Of a stretch of DNA of 5,428 bases, positions 1 to 5,428 are shown in pieces (position 1 is the stretch's first letter; each line of letters starts with the position of its first letter). Under the pieces are notes generated by a model, which was given only the letters and a program-made list of their open reading frames with translations, was not told where the DNA came from and made no database searches. The position numbers and the translations under genes were made by a program. This DNA comes from Octopus sinensis (taxonomy: Eukaryota): contig NW_021830067.1 in NCBI RefSeq assembly GCF_006345805.1, positions 1 to 5,428 on the forward strand. Direction: 5' to 3'.

Positions 1-160
1 ATACTCTTTTGGGGGCAAAAGATAATTGTTAAACAAATCTCTGCATCACGTGACTTCATTTTGCAAATAATCTTTCTCGCTAAAATTGCCGCAATAAATC
101 TGTTAATGCGCTTTCGCTTCAATTCCAGAAATTACTGTTGTTATCCTGGTGGAGTTTTAC

Positions 161-906
161 CCTGTTGAATAGTGATGTAGCAGAACTATGAATGAAGGCG
201 TTTCGTTCATAAAAATACCATTTTAAACTTTTCAGATATGCATATTGGTCCGTCGGAGTAACGAAGACCATCAAGTCATCCTTCAAGATGACTTACATGG
301 TGACATTGTTTAAAGTAGAAAAAAATAGTTGCGCACTGTCAACTTTGCTCTCTTGTCCGTAACCGTGTTCAATCCAGTAGCAAGACAGCTGGGGATAGAG
401 ACGGATGCACCGGATGACCCAAGTGTCTTACTGGCCGCATCTTGCTTTCTGCACTCCATCGTGCATTGCTGCAGACGCCTCGTCCTTCAGTGAACCATGA
501 TGGATTTCTTTCGCAGGATCTACCGTGTCCAGTATGCTAATTAACCCATAGCTTGGAAACAGAGATGTGCTATTATTCCGGGTCAGAATAGACCTGAGGA
601 CAATAATGGTCAAAGATGGTTCCATACTGCTCAAAACTTTGGAACTCCAATAGCAGGAGACCCTATTGGATGCAGTTTAGCGTCATACCGAGGTCAGAAG
701 GCATCACAGAATACATTACCAAAATGCCAACTTGATAACAAATGCAGAAATTGCGGAGGGAGTTTTACAGAAGATTTGATTACTAGTTCTGTAAATGGGC
801 GCATGTTAGCAAACGTAGGAGACTCTGAAAAAATGTGCAACATATTCTCTCTCCAAACAGTTAGCTTGAATAAGAGAACCGAGAATAGAGTGACTCTATC
901 ATATAG
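161..906 (-). pseudogene. Candidate decayed class A (rhodopsin-like, probably biogenic-amine) GPCR pseudogene fragment, TM2 to TM7 region, with multiple frameshifts and stops
   Basis: Manual translation of the minus strand. A stop-free frame 906->697 (70 codons) ends FANMRPFTELVIKSSVKLPPQFLHLLSSWHFGNVFCDAF; WHFGNVFCD (729-703) fits the ECL1/TM3 WxFGxxxC motif. Collinear downstream in shifted frames: TAS (676-668; TM3 TASI-like); SFEQY (EQY 632-624; D/ERY-like); W exactly 27 codons after that Q (548-546; the R3.50-W4.50 spacing in ADRB2 is 27); then WV[+1 nt]ISILDTVDP (S at +3, P at +10); C (453-451) with SSGASVSIP starting 12 codons later (417-391; SSxxSFxIP-like); WYFYERNAFIH...LFNR (220-161; WxxYxNSAFNP...FNR-like). 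Several motifs need substitutions, alternative registers exist, and TM1 is not convincing. Confidence 0.45.
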
Positions 907-907
907 T

Positions 908-924
908 TATATATATATATATAT
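908..924. repeat. Short (TA)8 microsatellite
   Basis: TATATATATATATATAT read directly. Confidence 0.9.
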
Positions 925-1160
925 GTATAACTTAAAATCTAAAATAATAGAGGTGAAGAATTGGATATTAATTTGATTAATATCAATTTAAAACCAATGG
1001 CCTAGTATATTGAAAAATCCTATATTTTGTATTTTTTCATTTGTCTTGCTCGCTTACGTTCTGGCGTATGGTGAATTTTCTTGAGAACAATCTTTTCTTA
1101 GTAGCAGACCATATGAGGTCTACCTCTAGCATAATGGATGTCCACTAGTGGTCATCCTTC

Positions 1161-1359
<199 letters not shown>

Positions 1360-1776
1360 TTGTGATTGGCAACGGGAGCAGTATTCAAAATAGCCTCTTG
1401 TACATTGATATATTGTAAAAAGTCAGACGACTGCGATATGTGTCTCGGTAAAGCATCTCGCATAGACTTATAACACTAAAATCGTTCAGGCTCAAATAAG
1501 CTCATCCGAATACTGCACTTCTCTAGCGTGAAACTTGAAGTGGTTCACGTTTAATTCCTTTATTCATTAAATTATATTTAACTGTCACCGATTAGAGAAG
1601 TTTTGTGTTCATCCTAACAACATGAGCAGTAAATTATTGCGTGTATATGCACATAATGCAATATCCCAGGTGTATATATTTTTGTCAAAAAAGTTTTAAA
1701 TTCTCTGTCTCCAATTCAACTTGAGTTAGTTGGAAGGTACTCCAGCATGGGTACTTCTACGTGGCAGCACAGCCCG

Positions 1777-1977
1777 CTAGAAATAACAGCCAAACTTCAT
1801 TCAAGCCACACCATAATATTTTTAAAAGGCACACAATAAATGATATAGTACGAACTATTTTGGGGGAGGAAAAAATGATAGGTGGGTTGACGTGATCGGA
1901 ACGATCTTTCGTCATAGGGTTATCTGCGTTATTAAGAACGACCTGGAGTTAAACAACGACAACAGCAACAACAACAA
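1777..1977 (+). mobile_element. Decayed retroposon (SINE/LINE) 3' end with (CAA/CAG)n tail, copy 1
   Basis: Shares ordered blocks with 4677-4877: CTAGAAATAACAGCCAAA (1777-1794), TCATAGGG (1912-1919), GACCTGGAGTTAAACA (1940-1955; 14/16 to copy 2). Followed by the imperfect trinucleotide tail ACGACAACAGCAACAACAACAA. Confidence 0.7.
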
Positions 1978-2471
1978 TATCAGCACTTGCTTTGAAGAGT
2001 AACATTTAAAAATAAAGAAATATAAAACTGAATATGAATAAAGAAAAATATTATATATGTAAACATAACACAACACATAAATGTAACGAGAAATACAATA
2101 ACCGCAGCACAAAGAAGCAATTGGCCACAAAATATTGTTAAAGCATGCATAAACACACGTACATACATAGTGACCAATCACACACATACACGCATATAAT
2201 AGACTTACATTTTGTATATAAGCTCAAAGATATCCACACCTAATCCTACATATACACTCAGTAAGCCATTCACAAAACTCTGGAAGTACTCACACACCCC
2301 TGACAAACAAAAACTGCCTTGTCACGTTAAATACAGGGCAACTGGCGTGAATTTCTGCGAAGAAAAACTTGGATAAATTTCACAGAAAAAGAAAGAAACA
2401 CATTATACTAAACATATATAGGCCTACATGATACGACATACGAACGGATGGGCATAAGAAGTTTTGCCAAA

Positions 2472-2528
2472 GTCGTTTTGACGCCGCCTATTTGGTGTCG
2501 CTGATTCGGCGCTGACTTGTTTGACCCG
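2472..2528. repeat. Degenerate ~14-15 bp GC-rich tandem array, 4 units
   Basis: Units GTCGTTTTGACGCCG / CCTATTTGGTGTCG / CTGATTCGGCGCTG / ACTTGTTTGACCCG; approximate core TT(T/C)GGCGCCG. A CpG-rich patch in an AT-rich background. Confidence 0.45.
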
Positions 2529-3168
2529 AGACGCTCTATTGCTTCATTTTAATGTTTCTTTCGTTCTCTCTCCACTCTCTCTGTCTTATGCTCTGTTTAT
2601 GTGAGTGGTTGGGTGCATATTTCTCTTTATGTGTACGAGAAGTAAAGTGAGCTGTCAATGGCATTCAATTAATAAATTATGTTTTTTTCTCCATTCACTT
2701 TCTTTTATTCTCTTCTCTCTCACTCTTTCTAACTGTATAGGTATATTTCTGCGCACGTGGGAGTTTACTTCCAATACCTAAAAGTATTGTCGCCAAAACA
2801 AACTGAATCGTCAGTACCACACCGCAAACTAAGCTACTGGATTGTGTGTCCTTGGTGTGCATTTGGTTCAAAAAGACATTAAAGAGTTACGTGTTTCTCT
2901 TGTTTACATAAGGCACGCAAAACAGCGAGGATCTATGCAAAAAATAAATATTGTATCCTAAACACGTACTGGCAGATTTCGAACATGAATATGCTGATAG
3001 CTATTGGGTTTTGTGACCGGAGAAAATTTCCTACTTTTAGACGACGTGTGTTGGCAACATAAGCCATTCATTAACGTAACAAAATCTAAACGGATGATAT
3101 ATACTCCAAAAATGAAATGCAACAACAATTAGCATACTCACATTCTCCCAACTTGGAATGCTCACATA

Positions 3169-3273
3169 CAGTACTCGGAGTTTCTTGGCAAGCCATGTGT
3201 ATGAAGTTATCCGATTATCATTTAGAAATGGGATAATATCACACCTGTAGCTTGCGGGTAACTCCGAGTTCTG
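3169..3273. mobile_element. Fold-back (palindromic) MITE-like element, copy 1, Tc1/mariner-type ends
   Basis: 3164-3182 pairs with 3260-3278 at 17/19 and 3188-3212 pairs with 3231-3255 at 18/25. Left end TA|CAG (3167-3171); right end CTG|CA (3271-3275). Homologous to 4230-4300 (reverse complement). Confidence 0.65.
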
Positions 3274-3318
3274 CATGTTGTGCGACATATTTGCATAATA
3301 CACACACGTAATATATGG

Positions 3319-3345
3319 TATATATATATATATATATATATACAT

Positions 3346-3439
<94 letters not shown>
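3319..3439. repeat. Compound microsatellite (TA)12-CATA-(CA)12-(TA)~31-CACACA
   Basis: TA 3319-3342, CA 3347-3370, TA 3371-3433 with one extra A at 3379. Confidence 0.97.
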
Positions 3440-3454
3440 AATAAATACCGTCAA

Positions 3455-3467
3455 TGTGTGTGTGTGT
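3455..3467. repeat. Short (TG)6 microsatellite
   Basis: TGTGTGTGTGTGT read directly. Confidence 0.85.
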
Positions 3468-3534
3468 TGGTTAGCTTATGCAAAATTATGATTTGGTTGA
3501 AGGCGTTAAATTAACAGTATCGTTTGTGTTCAAT

Positions 3535-3615
3535 AGAATCGTATGCAGTATTCATTCCAGATGTCTGCGTGTTAAGTTCAAATCCCACCAATTTCGTCTT
3601 TACTCTCCATCAGGG
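3535..3615 (+). mobile_element. Decayed tRNA-derived SINE fragment with Pol III B box
   Basis: GTTCAAATC at 3576-3584 fits the B-box consensus GWTCRANNC. The context AGAATCGT...GCAGTATT...GTTCAAATCCCACC...TCGTCTTTACTCTCCATC resembles, from memory, the head/body of an abundant octopus SINE; not verified by search. No clear A box. Confidence 0.45.
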
Positions 3616-4171
3616 ACAGTGAGCAGGTGGAATTGCTTAAGCCTCGGCAAAAAAAATCTTGCTTATTTATGTCACTAATTTCATAAATTCACAGTGGTTT
3701 GGATCATCATCTCTGCGATGCCATCATCAAAAGAACCCGAGAAGCTTTCAAATCCGCAGGTGACGTTGAACATTTTCTGTTCAATAGTTCTTAATCATCG
3801 TGAGTTTCCTTACGTGGTCTGATGAGCAGAAACATGTTTCATTTGGCCATTTGAGATTGTGAAAGAGGGAGAGTGAAGAGGTGTTCCGGATGGGTATATT
3901 AAACCTTATTGCTCTTTCACTACAAAGCGCCATTTTGCGTGTTATTCTTTATCCGGGCATTTAGTCAACGCTTCTCACACAGTAATACAACTCTTTGAGC
4001 GCAGCCCTTGCACACCTTTTTAGATAAATATTTATAATTTATTTATATTTTACCTCTGTAGTTAAAATTCAAAGCGAAGAGTCAGATTGATAACGAGAGT
4101 ATAGAAAACTAAACTAAAATTTGCTGTGAAATCCGTGCACTATTATCTCACTCAGTTCCATGGTGTATCGA

Positions 4172-4281
4172 CAGCGGAGGTTTCGATGAACGAAACCGAA
4201 AAGCCTGAGCATATAATGAATTAACCGATTGGTAATCGGATACCTTCATACCCGTAGCTTGCCAGTACACTCCGCGCGCTG
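4172..4281. mobile_element. Fold-back MITE-like element, copy 2
   Basis: Central inverted repeat CCGATT-GGT-AATCGG (4225-4239); AAGC 4201-4204 / GCTT 4257-4260; ACAGCG 4171-4176 / CGCTGT 4277-4282. Right end CTG|TA (4279-4283); left end GA|CAG. Reverse complement of 4230-4273 matches 3177-3220 at 36/44, ungapped. Confidence 0.6.
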
Positions 4282-4676
4282 TATGTAATTGTTACAAGTT
4301 TGTAATCTATTTGTTTTTATCCCTGCCGAACTTAACATACATCCTTTTTTGTGCATTCACCCTTCACATTCCCTCTATAACACTTTGGAAAAACTGACAG
4401 GGATTGTTTCACCGTCCTTCTTATATCCTAGGGAAAGATCGGTCTGGTATTGACATAAATGCTGTTATTTTGGATAGCTTGTTTTTAACTGCTATCAAGC
4501 AACCGATTACTAGGAATATTTGGCAATTATTACTTACACAGTTTTCATTCGACAATTCTTCCATTTTGCTTTTCATTTGATTCAGTAAGCTTTAACATTT
4601 GACAGCGAATGCTTTTCTCCTGTTAAACATACCTTATTTCATCAACTAACAATGCTCCAATGTGCTGTTCAATTTA

Positions 4677-4877
4677 CTTGAAATAAAAACAGCTAAATCT
4701 GCCTCACCCATCACTCTACCGTCTTCAGTGAGAAAGATAGCATGAAATAACCTCTCTCAACAGACTCCCCTTCAAGAAGGGTGGTCAAGTCAGTAATGAT
4801 ATCGATCATAGGGATACTATGCTTAATGGTCTATAGTAACGTACTGACCTGGGGCTAAACAGCAACACAGCAGCAAT
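4677..4877 (+). mobile_element. Decayed retroposon (SINE/LINE) 3' end with (CAG/CAA)n tail, copy 2
   Basis: CTTGAAATAAAAACAGCTAAA (4677-4697), TCATAGGG (4806-4813), GACCTGGGGCTAAACA (4846-4861), tail GCAACACAGCAGCAAT. Same block order and similar spacing as 1777-1977. Confidence 0.7.
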
Positions 4878-5260
4878 GAATAATAGATTTAGCTGAACAA
4901 GAAACGTTTCCATTCAAACAGAGTCTACATGTTACACAACTAAACATGTCTGCCATTATTTAATATCATTCAATATACTATGAAATTACTATTGAATTAA
5001 CTACATTATTGTGGTCTTCACTATCACACAATAGAATCGACTATCATTCTACGTAGTGAACAACAACATTAACGGGTTTTCCAAAAGTATGAACACGCAC
5101 GTGCAAGAAAGCAATTGGTTAAACTCATATCAAAATAATATACATCCACTACTGCATACATATAAAACCAACTTTCATTGAAATATCCACATAGATAGTT
5201 ATGAATATACGCCGATGTATATGTGTGCATAAGTGTATATCATATAGACATTCTTATCTC

Positions 5261-5325
5261 ATGTATATATATATATATATATATACATACATATATGTAT
5301 GTATATATGTATGTATAGATGTATG

Positions 5326-5357
<32 letters not shown>

Positions 5358-5428
5358 CTTATATTATATAATATATACATACCATACATATATAATACAT
5401 ATAATAATACATATATGTATGTATATTA
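5261..5428. repeat. Interrupted (TA)n/(TATG)n/(TACA)n microsatellite running off the window end
   Basis: Alternating TA runs and TATG/TACA tetranucleotide units, read directly. Confidence 0.95.

Noticed and set aside
221-362. Plus-strand acceptor TTTTCAG (231-235) followed by VRRSNEDHQVILQDDLHGDIV, faintly galactosyltransferase-like
   Set aside because: All three frames stop within ~42 codons, and the expected downstream family motifs are absent.
428-634. Supplied 68-aa minus-strand ORF as an independent gene
   Set aside because: TTG start is a prokaryotic-style call and there is no recognisable product; at most one frame segment of the GPCR-like fossil.
724-770. Plus-strand KCQLDNKCRNCGGSF resembling a LINE ORF1/Gag zinc knuckle
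   Set aside because: The required His and final Cys are missing and no other Gag or RT motifs are nearby.
1912-2187. Minus-strand ORFs of 91 and 65 aa
   Set aside because: Low-complexity translations of A/C-rich sequence and the (CAA)n retroposon tail.
3150-3240. FLNDNRITSYTWLAKKLRV resembles the POLD3/Cdc27 N-terminal motif (DQNKIVTYKWL..TLGV), with a GTGAGT donor nearby
   Set aside because: The following HVNxAKQML motif is absent. The segment is an arm of a repeated palindromic element; the other copy has TAG at the W codon, and differences show no third-position bias.
3037-3454. Three minus-strand ORFs (133, 72 and 71 aa)
   Set aside because: They begin in the (TA)/(CA) compound microsatellite and continue through the fold-back repeat.
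3478-3678. Plus-strand 66-aa ORF
   Set aside because: Overlaps the SINE-like fragment; no recognisable domain.
3766-3784. Hairpin TTGAACA-TTTTC-TGTTCAA
   Set aside because: An isolated AT-rich 7-bp inverted repeat is within chance expectation.
2445-3898. Shared 12-mer CGGATGGG(C/T)ATA at 2445 and 3887
   Set aside because: An 11/12 match is expected by chance in a window this size, and the similarity does not extend.

Overview
AT-rich eukaryotic, essentially non-coding window with long (TA)n/(CA)n microsatellites. The repeat content looks like octopod cephalopod DNA; that is pattern recognition, not a database result. No intact gene, RNA gene, CRISPR array or prokaryotic system is supported, and most supplied ORFs are microsatellite or repeat artefacts. 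Manual reading found three things. (1) A heavily decayed, frameshifted class A (probably aminergic) GPCR-like trace on the minus strand at ~161-906, best anchored by WHFGNVFCD. (2) Two copies of a ~105-110 bp fold-back element (3169-3273, 4172-4281) with partial TA|CAG...CTG|TA Tc1/mariner-type ends; the copies share 36/44 ungapped identity in inverted orientation. (3) Two diverged copies of a ~200 bp retroposon 3' end with (CAA/CAG)n tails. There is also a decayed tRNA-derived SINE fragment with a B box and some smaller palindromes and arrays. No novel biological system can be claimed from sequence alone.
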